From: the human T2T-CHM13v2.0 reference genome, Homo sapiens
Assembly (NCBI RefSeq): GCF_009914755.1
Contig: NC_060940.1
Length of the DNA stretch: 64,000 nt
Strand: one strand, 5' to 3'
Numbering within the stretch: the first letter of the stretch is position 1; every line of letters begins with the position of its first letter. Both the position numbers and the translations under genes were made by a program. Under the pieces are notes generated by a model that worked only from the letters and a program-made list of their open reading frames with translations, was not told where the DNA came from and searched no databases. Positions 49,798-64,000 of this stretch are shown here, piece after piece.

Positions 49798-51467
49798 CCT
49801 TGTCCATTTTGTGGTTCTGTTGGGGCTGTGCCTTCGCAATCAGCCAAGACCAGGGTAAGACCAGGACGTTTGGATTCTTTGTCTCCTGATACAGTGCCTG
49901 CAGGCCCCCTGCTATGCCAGCTTGAGACCCACCAGCTGTAAGTCGGAATCACCTGGTGCCACCGTCAGAGATATAGGTGAGCAGTCGGTGGTGGGAGTTA
50001 CAGTAGCTGAACAATACCCAGGATGATTCTTCTAGTGGCTCTGCAGATGCAGGCAGGCAGGCAAAGGAAAACAAACCTCCAGTAAAATCAACCCTAGGGA
50101 GAAAGTGAATTTTAAGGGGTGATGTTTTTTGTCAGAATCTGCCAGCTGTTAGAGGCTCTTTGAAACAAAACGAGTGCTGTCTCGGCTCTGCAGAAGGAGG
50201 CCCAGGGAGGTTGCCGTGATGTGCCAAGAGTCAAATTACCGACCACTTGTGCGGGAAAATAGCCTCTTCTTATTTACAGGGCTGTTGGGTACACTTGATA
50301 ACAAGCAAGATAGAAGTTAAGGTCGGCCAGAGACACAAAGCCACTAATCCTGAGGTCTCTTGGTCCCTTTCAGCAAAGCCTTGAGCATAACAGGGTCCCT
50401 CCTAGGGAGTGAGCTGAGAGGGTCACTGTGAGGTTCCTTTCAGAGGGGTTGTGACAGATGCCCACAGCTCTCTTAATGGGACTGCGGTGGAGGAAGTACC
50501 TGGGGAGGTCACACCCTCAGCAATGAAGCTCCATTCTGCAGGTACACTTTGCTCCCCATACCTGTCAACATCTGCCCTGCAGAAGGGAAAGCAACTGCCT
50601 GTCTGTACATCACTGTCAGGCAGGACAGAGAAGAGCCCTCCTCCGGCAACAAAAAGGCTAACGTGAGAGCATAAGCTGGAGTATTCGTTTTGATTACTGA
50701 GGATTCTTAGAATCAATCTTATTCCAACAGGGGAGGGGGCGCTCTGGCCAGCCTGGGTTTGGAATGATATCAGTCAACCCACAGATAATGGGATACAGGC
50801 GAGAAGGAACCCTTTGTTCTCACCCAAGGCTTGGTGGGCTGCTGGGGAGAAGAACTGAAATGGAGAGTCAGTAAACAGTTGTAAAAGACTGTGTGCCACT
50901 GAGTGTTCTTGATAAATGTTAATGAGACAGGAGCAGGCATTGAGATTGGGCAGTATTGATTATGAGCAGAAATAAAATGAGCTGAACAGTTCTTCACAAT
51001 CAAAGCCATGACTGTGTTGTGTTTTGAGTATCTCTTGCCGGAGTGTGCGTCCTAATAAATCTCGGGTGTGAAATACGCTGTTTTCTCCTTTCTTTCCTCT
51101 CCCGCTTCCACGCATTCATTCTTCTGCTCATTTGTTCTTGCATTCACTCATTTGTTCATTCATTCACCAAATGTTTGAGTGCCCACTGCGTACCCACACA
51201 GAGCTAGGCACCAGAGTTAAACTGGGGCATAATTAGACACAGTTGTTTTCCTCTCAGAGTTTATGTACGGCAGTGCTGGGAGAGAGGCTTTAAAAGGTAA
51301 TTTCAGCTGGGCATGGAGGTGCCTGCCTGAGGTCCCAGCTACTCAGGAGGCTAAGGTGGGATGATCACTTGAGCTCAGGAGTTTGGGTCCAGTCTCTTAA
51401 AAAATAAATAAATAAAGCAGTTTCAAGGTATGGAGCTAGATGTGGCAAAAGACAAGGACCTCCTAGT

Positions 51468-51490
51468 GGGGGGAGGGGGAGGGGGAGGGG
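51468..51490 (+). other. G-quadruplex-forming motif G6AG5AG5AG4
   Basis: Four G runs with 1-nt loops, inside an L2-like remnant. Confidence 0.7.
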
Positions 51491-51704
51491 AGGCTTCCCT
51501 GGGGAAGTGATGGCTGGGCTGAGACTGAAGGATGAGCAGCAACCAGACGGGGCTAGGAAGAAGACTGTCCCATACGAGCTAAACTGTATCCCTGCGAGGG
51601 CAGTGGGGGGAAGAGTAGAGCTTCTAGGGCTGTGGCATGGGCAGTGGGCGAGGGGCAGAGAGAAGAGGAAGAAATGAGGCTGGAGGTAAGAGTGGTGGGG
51701 ATAT

Positions 51705-51905
51705 TGTGGATTAAATCATGTCCGCCTGAGACACATGTTCAGGTCCTAATCCCTGTACTCATGCATGTGACCTTATTCAGGAATAGGGTCTTTGCAGATG
51801 GGCTCAAGTTAAGATGAGGTCATACTCATATGAAACAAGTTCATGGATTGAGATGGCCCTAAATGTGATGACTGGTGCCTTTATAAGGCAAAGAAGAGGG
51901 AGATT
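51705..51905 (+). mobile_element. MLT1 LTR fragment
   Basis: atgtgaccttattcaggaatagggtctttgcagatg. Confidence 0.75.
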
Positions 51906-52104
51906 TTTTAAAATTTAAATTGCAATAGTTTGGGGTACAGGGGGTTTTTGGCTACGTGGGTAAGTTCTTTAGTGGGGATTTCTGAGATTTTATTGCACCT
52001 TTCACCCAAGCAGTGTATGCAGTACCCAGTATGTAGTCTTTTATCCCTCACCCCCATCCCAACCTCTACTCACCACCTAGTCCCCAAAGTCCATTATATC
52101 ATTC
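51906..52104 (-). mobile_element. L1PB/L1MA 3' fragment
   Basis: caatagtttggggtacagg...tagtggggatttctgagatttt...ccccaaagtccattatatcatt. Confidence 0.8.
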
Positions 52105-52397
52105 TTTTTTTTTTTTAACAGAGTCTCACTCTGTCGCCCAGGCTGGAGTGCAGTGGTGTGATCTCAGCTGACTGCAACCTCTGCCTCCCGGTTCAAGCAA
52201 TTCCCCTGCCTCAGCCTCCCCTGTAATTAGCTGGGATTATAGGTGTGAGCCACCATGCCCAACTAATTTTTGTATTTTTAGTAGAGACAGGGTTTCGCCA
52301 TGTGGCCAGGCTGGTCTTGAACTCCTGACCTCACGTGATCTGCCCTGATCGACCTCCCGAAGTGCTGGGATTACAGGTGTGAGCCAGCACACCCAGC
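52105..52397 (-). mobile_element. AluS
   Basis: Full antisense Alu. Confidence 0.92.
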
Positions 52398-53617
52398 CAG
52401 CCTCCTCATTTCCAACAAGCTCCTGAGTTGCCGATGCTGCTGGCCTGAGGACCTCACTTGAAGCAGCAAGGTGTCCAAGGATCTGTGATACCTCCAAGCA
52501 CATCAGAAGAAAATTTCCCCAGTCCTGACATTGATTGCATCTAGCCTGTCTGCCCAGTATATGGGGATGGATGGGGGAAGCTAAAAAGGAGAGCTGGGAG
52601 CCCCACTGACCTTCACCTTTAGAAGCTGGGAACACAGAGCCCCACTCCAGGGCACAGAAGGATTTGGGAAAAGTTCCTCTTGAAGTCTTTGGCTCAGCTC
52701 AGTGCATGGAGTGGGAAAAGGACTGAAAGGAAACAAAGGCTTCTGAAGAACCAGGTGCTCTCTCCCCACCAAATTATAAGCTCCACCTGGTAGAGCCCTG
52801 CCATCTCTCCTCACCCAGGCCCGCGGCATCTGGCCTCCCATCTCGTGCACATTTTTCTTTGCACTCCTGGAAAAATTGAACCCATAAATTTAATCTACCT
52901 TCAGGCAGTTTAACTTGCATGGCCAGCACTTACTCAGCAGATAACCACCAGCCTCATTAACCTTGGCTCATTCTCAAGAGTTTTTTTTTCTTTTTTTGGC
53001 TGGGGGGCGGGTAGGGAGCTGGTTGTGGTGGTGGTAGAGCTTATGAATTATTCTTGGATGATTTCTGGAGTATTTTAGGGGCACAGTCATTTATTTCATG
53101 TTTAAACATACTGGTGTTCCAAGCCCTCCTTGTTGGTATTGTTACGTGTGTATGTGTGTGTAGTGTGTGAGTGTTCACGTACACCCATTTTAAATGCTGA
53201 CTTGTTCCAAAACCTCTCCCTGAGGGTGTCTCTTACCCACCTAGTATTGCCAAAAGACCTGCAAAACCATTGTCTTGGGTTTTGTTAGACCCATGTTTTC
53301 CAACATGTCATCTTTTGGCCACCTACATCAAATCACTTGGAGAACATGTTAAAATGCAGCTCTCTGGGTCCCGCCATGCACTTGCTTTATTAGACTCCCT
53401 GGAGCTGGGGCCCAGGATCCTGTGTTTTTATTAACTCTCCCTGGTGACCTTAACACACAGGAACGTGGGGAGTCATTGCTGTGGACGTGGCTCACAGGGT
53501 CCTTTCTGCCCATTAGCTGGGTCATCCCACCTGTCTTTGGGTTGTTGCCTTGTTGATAGAATCTAGTTGAATTTATATCACAAAGTACTCCTGCTTCTCA
53601 GGCACCACTGGTTGATA

Positions 53618-53925
53618 TTTTATTTTATTTTAGTTTATTTATCTTTTAGAGACAGGGTCTTGCTCTGTTGCCCAGCCTGGAGTGCAGTGGTGCAATCATA
53701 GCTCACTGCAGTCTCAAACTCCTAGGATCAGGCAACTCTCCTGCCTCAGCCTCCTGAGAAGCTGGGACTACAGGTATGCCCCACCACACCTGGCTAATTT
53801 TTATACATTTTGCAGAGACAAAGGTATTGCTGTGTTGCCTAGGCTGCTCTTGAACCCCTGGTCTCAAGCAATCCTCCCACCTTCCAAGTAGCTGGGATTA
53901 CAGGTATGAGCCAACACACCTGGCC
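53618..53925 (-). mobile_element. AluJ
   Basis: Full antisense Alu. Confidence 0.9.
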
Positions 53926-53995
53926 CGGGCTGGCATTTTAAATGATGATCATGGCCTAGTGCAGTGATGTTTGCTGATCACCTATGTTTCCTCAT

Positions 53996-54345
53996 TGATA
54001 TGGTTTGGCTGTGTCCCCCTTCAAATGTCATCTTGAATTCCCACATGTTGTGGGAGGGACCTGGTGAGAAGTAATTGAATCATGGGGCCAGATCTTTCCC
54101 GTGCTCTTCTCGTGATAGTGAATAAGTCTCACGAGATCTGATGGTTTTATAAAGGGGAGTTTCCCTGCACAAGCTCTCTCTTTGCCTGCTGCCATCCACG
54201 TAAGACATGACTTGCTCCTCCTTGTCTTTGCCATGATTGTGAGGCTTCCCCAGCCATGTGGAACTGTAAAGTCCATTATACGCATCTTTTGTAAATTGCC
54301 CAATCTTGGGTATGTTTTTATCAGCAGCGTGAAAACGGTGCACTC
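53996..54345 (+). mobile_element. THE1 MaLR solo LTR
   Basis: tgatatggtttggctgtgtcccc...gccatgattgtgagg...atcagcagcgtgaaaacgg. Confidence 0.92.
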
Positions 54346-54761
54346 ATGTACTCATGTTCTGCCAACAGCCCCCATTTTCATCTGGGGCCCCTGGACTGAG
54401 ATATGCTCTCTGTGATCTCTCAATGTTTCCCTGTGGGGTTGAGCCCCAGTCGCCCAGAGCACAGACCTCCCCATCCCGCCTTTGGTACTGGTTTCCTTCT
54501 GTTGCTATTTCACTGTTCCTCTCCCCATTGGAGCCTCTTAGGATCCCCTCCCAAGTCCACTTGTACCCAAATCCTGATCTCAAGGGGTCTCCTGGGACAT
54601 AATATGTTTAACTTCCTTGTAGCTCATCTCATTCAGTCTTCACATCAGCCTGGCCATGTAGGAAGTATCAACAGCCCCATTGTATAGATTTACAAAGGGA
54701 GCCTTGGAGAACAGAAGACACTTGGCCAAGCTTAAGAGCCAAGAAAAGACTAGAACCTAGG

Positions 54762-55059
54762 GGCTGGGTGTGGTGGCTCACACCTGTAATCCCAGCACTT
54801 TGGGAGGCCGAGGCGGGTGGATCATGAGGTCAGGAGCTCAAGACCAGCGTGGCCAAGATGGTGAAACCCCATCTCTACTAAAAACACAAAAATTAGCCAG
54901 TGATGGTCGTGGGTACCTGTAATCCTAGCTAGTCAGGAGGCTGAGGCAGAGAATTGCTTGAACCTGGGAGGTGGAACTTGCAGTAAGCTGAGATCACAAC
55001 ACTGCACTCCAGCCTGGGTGACAGAGCAAGACTCTGTCTCCAAAAAAAAAAAAAAAAAA
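54762..55059 (+). mobile_element. AluS
   Basis: Full Alu; perfect TSD aaaagactagaacctagg. Confidence 0.95.
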
Positions 55060-55808
55060 GACTAGAACCTAGGTCTGCTGGTGCCAATGCCCAAGCTCTT
55101 AGCCTCTGCTTTCTATGCTAAGCCAGGGCGCACACCTCCAGGCCTGGCTGGCTTGTGAACAAGACTTTTGACAACAATCTCAGCTAAACTTGGCAAAGTG
55201 AACCCCAGCCAAGAGAGATGCTTTTGGATGGAGCCTCCTTGCCCCACCGCCCGTCCCCAGCTGGCCCAGACCTAAGCAAAGCCCCATGTAAGCTGACCTC
55301 TGGGTCCCAGCAAAATGCCTTTTTCTTGGACTTTTCCTGATGGGAAAGCCTTCCAGCGTTTTTACATTGATTAATTTCAAGTCTGTGATCTTGTTTGCAT
55401 TGCCTTAATATTATAAAGTTGCACTAGTGCCTACAGGCCATTCTGCCAGGAGCAGAATTTCTATTTTAAAAGAAGAAGTAATAAACCACTCTGGAATGGT
55501 GATAACTTCATAGCCTCGTTAGGTCCAGTGTCTCACTTGTTCATTTGGTAAATGCAGAGAGTTCTTGGGTTCTGTAGGCAGGAAGAAGTGAAGTCCAACG
55601 TGTGCCTGGCGAACACTTTTTGAGTGATTAATATGCACAGGCCTGGGAATGTGTGATTGGAAGTGTGGGAAGTGTATTGTGGATAAGAAATGGTGATAGG
55701 AGAGAAGAACAGCAGGCCAAATCTTATAACCATGCTTTTGGTTTGTTGTACAGTCTTCTAGATTATTCTCTGTACTTACATTCATATATTAATTAAAACA
55801 CATGTGTC

Positions 55809-56102
55809 AGGCCAGGCGTGGTGGTTCATGCCTGTAATCCCAGCACTTTGGGAGGCTGAGATGGGCAGATCAGTTGAGGTCAGGAGTTCGAGACCAGCCT
55901 GGCCAACATGGAGAAACCCGTCTCTACTAAAAATATAAAAATTAGCTGGGCATGGTGGCAGGTGCCTGTATTCCCTGCTACTCAGGAAGCTGAGGCAGGA
56001 GAATCGCCTGAACCCAGGAGGAGGAGGTTGCAGTGAGCTGAGATCGCACCATTGCACTCCAGCCCAGGTGACAAGAGCAAGACTCTGTCTTAAAAAAAAA
56101 AA
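55809..56102 (+). mobile_element. AluS
   Basis: Full Alu. Confidence 0.95.
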
Positions 56103-56889
56103 TACAGCACACACAAATGGGATTACACTGAATATATTATTCCTCAACTTGCTGTTTCTCTTCAGCATCTTTTATGGGCCTCTTTCTGTGACAGTATATA
56201 TGAACTGCCTCATTTAAAAAAACTCCTTATGGTGGAAACTTAAAAATATATTCAAAAGTAGAGAGAATGGTATAATGAATCCCCCCAACTTCAACAATGG
56301 TTGACTCTTGGCCAAACTTAATTCATCTAGATCTGTATTCCCCTACCCACATCTGTTTACCCCTTCCTACATTATTTTGAAGACAATCCCAAACATCGCT
56401 TACTGCATTTACAAATCTTAGTATGCCTTATCCCTTTTTAATCATTGTATAATATTCCACGATAAATAGACCACAATTTGTTTATCCTGTTCCCTACTGA
56501 TGGTCCATTTTCCAGCTGTGTTTAATATGGGTAAAGATGGAACTTCCTAGCTGTAAATCCAGAACTGAATTTAAGATTTTTTTTTATTCCTCAAGGAGAC
56601 CTTTGTGCTGAGGACACCAACTATCTAGACTTGAGTGAAATGAAAGCCTGCTTCATTGCTGCTGTCTGCCACTTCCAGACCCAGTGGGAAGAAAGAGATG
56701 GGTCTCTGCACCAGGCAGGAGGGGATGGGATTTGCTGTCCATGGGTTGGGGTGGGTGGTCATCTCCACAGCCTGAAAGGCCCCAGAAGGAGGGCAAGTCA
56801 GACTGTCTGGTCAGGGAGGTACAGTTGTTTTACAGGAGGGTTTCAGCAAGCATAAGGGCCACAGAACAGGCTGGAATGAAGACTTCCTT

Positions 56890-57620
<731 letters not shown>

Positions 57621-58000
57621 GGAGTGTCCTGGTACTTCCAGTTGCCCCAGGCAAAAGGCTAGGCCTTCTCTCCTTTTTCTGATGCTGAATGTGTTTAGCT
57701 ATGGCAGCCACGTAGTCACATTGTAGGCCATGGAGAAGTTATAGTACATTCACCTGTAAGTGACTGGGAACCCAACTCTCAGCGGGTGAAGAGTGGGATG
57801 ATCCACAGGAAGCCTGGAGGGTGGGTGGTGTTTCTGGGGTTGGTTCATTAACTGCATGGGATCAGGGCTCTGGGTTGTGGACTCTACAATTCTCTTGGTT
57901 TTTCCTTCATGGTTGCAAAATGGCTGCTGAGATCTAAACAGCGAATCATTACCCACCTCCAGCCAAAGGCAGCTGGGGGTGGCCAAGGTGTTTGTTGTCT

Positions 58001-58109
<109 letters not shown>

Positions 58110-59409
58110 TTCCTATGAGGAAGGAGACATCTTTCCCAGAATTTCCCAGGAGTCCTTCCTTTGTGTCTCATTGGTCAAGACTGGGTTACATGGCCACCTC
58201 TAGCTGCAAGGGAGGCTGGGAAAACAAGCATCTCTTTTGTTCAGCCTCTGTACAGGCAGGTGAGAGAGAATGAAAGAGCTCAGGAGGAAGGGGCTTCAAT
58301 AACCTATGGACAAATAGCCCTGCAACTCTTCCCTGTCCATCCCAAATGATCCATTATGCTCTTCCATTTCATTACATTCAAACCCTTGCACTGCCAAGTC
58401 TCATTATCTTGTTTATCATTCAAGACCTAGGTGCATCAGCTAATGCCAGGGACAGTCTCATTTCAAGGCAGTGTTTGGAGGGCTTGTTCCCCATGAGAGA
58501 CTTTCTAGAGAAACACTATTAAATCCTTTATCCCTCCGCTGTCCCCACTGCACAATTACAGCAATGCTGAAATGAATAACCTGGTCCATAACTATTTGTA
58601 CATCCACGCCTATACTCTGGTAGGTTGGACTTTCTGGATGTGGGATGGCTATGTTTGAAAACCCCATACATGCTTGTTGGGAGCTTTCTCTAGGGTGGTG
58701 TGAAGATCCCACTTGCTCATCTTCAAGCTGACGGTAGCTCACAGTTTTCAGGCAAAACTGGGCAGGAATATGCATTTCTATCCCTTCCCCCTGTAATCCA
58801 CTATCTCAGCCCACCGTGCTGTCCCTGTTTTGGCAGTTAGGTTCTCTGATGACTGTTGGGCTGTTGTATACATTATTCATATGTCTTTTTATATCACCTA
58901 CTGGGGCACCAGCTGGGGCCAGCAAATACTACAAACATGGCACCAATAAAAAAGAATGTGTAATCAGTCTTTAAAAATTCCTTCTTGTCTGCCAAGAGCG
59001 GCACGTGGGGGTGGGGAATGAGCAGCTGGCCAGTCCTGCTAATTCAGAGGCGGCTTTTCTCCGAAAATCATGGCTGCTTCACTACCAGCCTCTCCCCAAC
59101 CCCTGGAAAGAGCAGATCCCAGGAGCCCTGGCTGATTTTGTGAGGGAAGGAGTGTGTGTCTGATGCTGCAATGGAGAGAAAAATAATTTTTTTTAAATGC
59201 ATTATCCTGCTTCAATAAGTGGGGGGAATTATTTCTGGCTCTGTCTTTCAGAAGCTGAAAAGAGGAGGAACTTGTTGGTTGTTGCTTATTTATTTTTTTC
59301 CTCCCATTTTGTTTTATTTTTTAATTCAGGTATAACCTTTATTCAGTAAAATGTATTCATCTTAAAGGTGCAATTTGTGGCGTTTTCTTTAACCTATGTA
59401 TACACCTGT

Positions 59410-60150
<741 letters not shown>

Positions 60151-60537
60151 GTGTGAAAAGGCCCATGTAACAAGTGCCGAGATCCATATGTGGAACCTTT
60201 CAGCACCCGGACAGCTCCCTGGGGCCCCTTCCCCGATGACAGCTCCTTCCCCACCTGAAGTCACCATCTGTTCTGGTTTCTGTCTTCACTGATGGATCTT
60301 GCCTAATCTTGAGCACCACATAACTGAAATCATCCAGTTGGAACTCTTCTGTGCCTGGTGTCTTTGATCAATATCCCATGTGAGATTCCTTCCTTGTGTT
60401 GCCTGTGCAAGATTACTGTTGATTTTTTTCCATCAACATTGATTAATCACCTGGGATGTGCTAGGTGTGGTGTTAGGCCCTGGGGACACAGAGGATCTAG
60501 GGGTTCCCTGTCCAGTTTGGAAGAGAAGATGGTAAAT

Positions 60538-61075
60538 TGAGACAGGAATACTATAGGGAGGTTGCAGGAGAATAGAAAATTCCAGGCAGCAGTTTCACAT
60601 GACTAGAGGCTGTGGGCTAAGACCCTGAAAACCAGGTTGTGGGCCAAGCTGGCTGAGACCAAATGGATCCAACATGGTGCTGGATTCAACCAAGATTTTA
60701 CCCAGGACCTCATGATACACGCATTAACATCTTAAACCACACACCCACCAGCACCATGACAGTCCCAAGAACACCTGTATGTGGTATAAAAATGGGTGGC
60801 ACCACATTTTCAAGAAATCTCCACCTTTTTCCAGGAATTTCCATGAATATCCCACCCCTTGGTCAAAGAAACCCCTAAAGGTGGAAACCCCAAACCTCTT
60901 GGCACATCTCTCTTGAGTGCACCTGCTCTCCTCTTTCTGGAGTGTGTACTTTTTGCTTTGCAATAAATCTCTGTACTTTCACTATTTTCTGAGTCATCCT
61001 TGAATTCCTTCTCACAATGGTGTTAAGAATCTGGATACTGGCATGTTTGGGACCTTCCACAGCTCACTGGTATCA
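60538..61075 (+). mobile_element. ERV1 solo LTR (MER41/MER66-like; subfamily uncertain)
   Basis: TG...CA ends (tgagacagg...ggtatca), cccaccagcaccatgacag, gcaataaatctc poly(A) signal. Confidence 0.7.
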
Positions 61076-61366
61076 GAACCACTCCCCATGAGATGGTGTA
61101 GACATGATCTGATAGAGCTGCAGGCTGTGGGAGCTTGCAGAGCCTGGGGAAGTCAAGCCAGTCTTCACAAATGAGGCAGGATATTCATGCTGGCAGTTCT
61201 GGGAGGATAGACTAGCTTGAGTCTAGCTATAGACTCAAGTCATGCTAGCTATAGACTAGCATGGAGGTGTGGGGGTGCAAGGTTGTGTGCAGGGGAACCG
61301 CGAGGAGTCTGCGTAGCCTAGGAATAAGCCCACAGGCCAAATCTGGCTGACCACCTGCTTTTATAA

Positions 61367-62744
<1,378 letters not shown>

Positions 62745-62834
62745 AAACCTGTGGTTGCTTTTTAATGACAATGTTTAGTAATTATGACAGAGACCCTATG
62801 GCTCACAGAGCCCAAAACATTTACTATTTGGCTA

Positions 62835-63196
62835 TCTTGGTCCGTTTGAGCTGCTATAATAAAGTACTGTAGACTGGGGAGCTTACAAACAACAGAAATG
62901 TGTTTCTCACAGTTCTGGAGGCTGAAGGTTTGAGATCAGAGTGCCAGTATGGTTGTTTCTGGAGATGGTCCTCTTCTGGGTCAAAGACCGCCATCTTCTC
63001 ATCATACCCTCACATGGTGGGAAGAGGATGAGAAAGCTCTTTGGGGTCGCTTTTATAAGGGTATTGATGCCATTCATGAGAACTCCACCCTTATGCCCAA
63101 ATTGTCTTTTGAAAGCCCCAGCTTTGGATACCATCACAATGGAGGTCAAGATTTTAATGTATGAATTTTGGGGGAATACAAATATTTAGTCCATTG
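62835..63196 (-). mobile_element. MLT1A-type LTR
   Basis: gctgctataataaagtac...tctcacagttctggaggct...atgaattttgggggaatacaaatatttagtccattgca. Confidence 0.85.
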
Positions 63197-63249
63197 CACC
63201 TGCCTTTACACAAAAGTTTGTTTTGACCGCTGGTCTAGTGTATTTCAAG

Positions 63250-63420
63250 AAGCTATGCTGGGTGCTCTTCAGTTGTATTCCCATGTAATAACCACAGCAA
63301 CCCTGCAGGGAACCATGATTGCCCTTACTTTACAGATGAGGATCTTCAGGCTCAGAGAGGTGAAGTGATTTGCCAAGGTCACACAGTCAGTGAGAGGAGG
63401 AGTCAGGTATGTCTGAGTTG
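63250..63420 (-). mobile_element. MIR
   Basis: tttacagatgagg...aggctcagagaggtgaagtgatttgccaaggtcacacag. Confidence 0.85.
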
Positions 63421-63663
63421 AAAGGACCTTCTCCGGACTAACTGGAGTTACTCTAACAATGGTACAAGTAGGCTGAAGCCAGATAGTGGAGAATCGTGCA
63501 AACATTTTGATCTTTGGAGAACAGGGAGCCACCAAAGGCTCTTAAGAAAGACAGTGGCATGATCAGACTGGTTGGAGGCTGTCCCATCCAACCTCTTTGC
63601 TGGACGTGGGATCCTAGTGGGGTTTTTACTCACCCAAAGAATTCTTTTAAAAATCGTCATTTA

Positions 63664-63957
<294 letters not shown>

Positions 63958-64000
63958 TCATTTATTTGGGAAAGTAGAGAAAGTTTGGACCAATCTCCTG

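Overview
Primate (hominoid-type) genomic DNA, very repeat-rich: about 58 Alus (roughly a quarter of the window) plus MIR, L2, L1, MaLR, ERV solo LTRs and hAT DNA transposons. There is no intact protein-coding gene, and nearly all ORFs in the track are Alu, LTR or microsatellite artefacts. The main content is a minus-strand, unprocessed ENPP7-like (alkaline sphingomyelinase/NPP family) pseudogene. Exon 1 (32208-31960) carries a signal peptide, SF[E]GF, DQDVDTPNLD, the catalytic TMTSP and an intact GTAAGC donor. It splices in phase, across a ~27.6 kb intron full of ancient repeats, to exon 2 (4365-4221; HGVIHNM...WITAQRQ). The divergence pattern suggests the remnant of an ancient ENPP7 paralogue rather than a recent copy of ENPP7, and a possible relic HNF4/HNF1 promoter lies just upstream. 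From recall, this fits the ENPP7P block near RBFOX1 (16p13.3) or one of its segmental-duplication copies; I cannot tell which copy or species. Other notable items are a young L1 with a 3' transduction, an AluYe5, a tail-less AluY inside an LTR, an Alu with a 56-bp flanking duplication, two inverted MER11 LTRs and fold-back templated insertions. Repeat coordinates were read by eye (+/- ~10 bp) and subfamily names come from recalled consensus sequences.
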